A stretch of DNA of 64,000 nucleotides. Origin: Octopus sinensis. Its lineage: Eukaryota. Each line of letters begins with the position of its first letter. Position 1 is the stretch's first letter. The DNA lies in contig NC_042997.1 of the NCBI RefSeq assembly GCF_006345805.1, positions 15,128,001 to 15,192,000 of the forward strand, in the 5' to 3' direction. The translations under genes and the position numbers were made by a program. Below, one piece after another: positions 62,944 to 64,000 of this stretch. Below the pieces are notes generated by a model, which did not search any database, was not told the origin of the DNA, and was given only the letters and a program-made list of their open reading frames with translations.

Positions 62944-64000
62944 ACACCAGTATTAGTGCAACAATAAGAAATAGATCATGAAAAACAAGATGCACTTATC
63001 AGAAGCTAAAAGGCAGAAGGAAAGTAACTGACTCCCAATAGAAGTTAAGTACATTTAATATAAAAGAAGACAGACTTCTAGCAATTCAAGATTTCAGTCT
63101 GATATATTTTAATCCTCCAGTTGTAGCAATTTGATTTGTCCCCAAAGCTCTTTCTATTTCAAACTCAATAAGAACTAATCATCAATTGAGGTATACATCT
63201 ATTTACAATACTTGTATGAGACATAACGAATGAAAATAACAAATACCTAATACAGCCATTTATTAGAACTATTGATTTCATATAACCATATATGTAGGAA
63301 ATGGTTATAGGTAACTGATTTGAATGCAGTAAATTCTGGTACTCATCATTGTACATCTGTTTTTCCATTTGGGCAGGGGTTGATAAATCTCGCATCGTCT
63401 TGTCACTTTGTTGCAGTTTTTGTTATATAACATACACAACAGAGAAAACCCGGTTGCTGCAAATGTCATCTTATTTTGGCACATATTTTAAAATTGGATA
63501 TCCTACCTATCACTAACTGCTTTACATTATGAATTGGGTGCATTTTGTCATATCGCTGACACCATAGAGAGATTGTCACTAACAGAACTAAAGATGCCTG
63601 TCTACCCATTGTTGCTTCTGCTCATTCCTTACTTTCTGGTAGGTTTCAACAACTGGACGCCTTTCTTGATGCCAACCATTTTACAGTATTAACTTGGTGT
63701 ATATTACCATGCTGCTAGCACTAAAGAGATTGTCACCAGTGTAACTAAAACGTCTTCCCTATCCTATGTTGTTTCTGCTTCTTCCTTCCATTTTGGTGAG
63801 GTCTCAATAATTAAATGCCTTTTCTGATACCATCCATTTTTCAGCATGGACTGAGTGTATTTTACAGTGTCCACTGGTTCTGTAACTGAGAATGAAGCAA
63901 AGCTGACCCGTGAGAGTTAAACTCAGATCAATGAACAAACTGAATCAATTGCAGAATATTATTCACGAAGGGATACATTTAATCAATCCTAGAGTCAGAC

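Overview
AT-rich, repeat-dense animal genomic DNA. The repeat families point to a coleoid cephalopod, probably Octopus (inference from remembered repeat families, not a database search). Two spliced genes converge tail-to-tail. (1) The last six coding exons of carnitine O-acetyltransferase (CRAT, + strand, 1148-11837; 900 nt spliced in frame, ends in peroxisomal PTS1 SKL). (2) Coding exons 2-8 of dolichyldiphosphatase 1 (DOLPP1, - strand, 56212-17326; 638 nt spliced in frame; exon 1 not found). All 13 exons were found by hand with GT-AG boundaries and consistent phases; most are missing from the supplied ORF track. The same convergent DOLPP1-CRAT pair exists in human. Introns are filled with RTE LINEs (one young copy with a >730-aa open ORF carrying a PHD finger inside the RT region), several tRNA-derived SINE families, three ~400-bp Helitron families, piggyBac MITEs, a deleted piggyBac, and relics of CRE-, Tx1/L1- and Penelope-like elements. 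Best leads: ancient CRAT-DOLPP1 microsynteny; PHD-bearing RTE; (TA)n microsatellites acting as shared landing pads for three unrelated TE classes; a minimal hammerhead-like motif in a Penelope-like repeat; inverted repeat pairs that could form dsRNA, one pair bracketing DOLPP1 exon 2. No CRISPR array, rRNA or genuine tRNA gene is supported. TE coordinates are approximate unless termini or TSDs are quoted.
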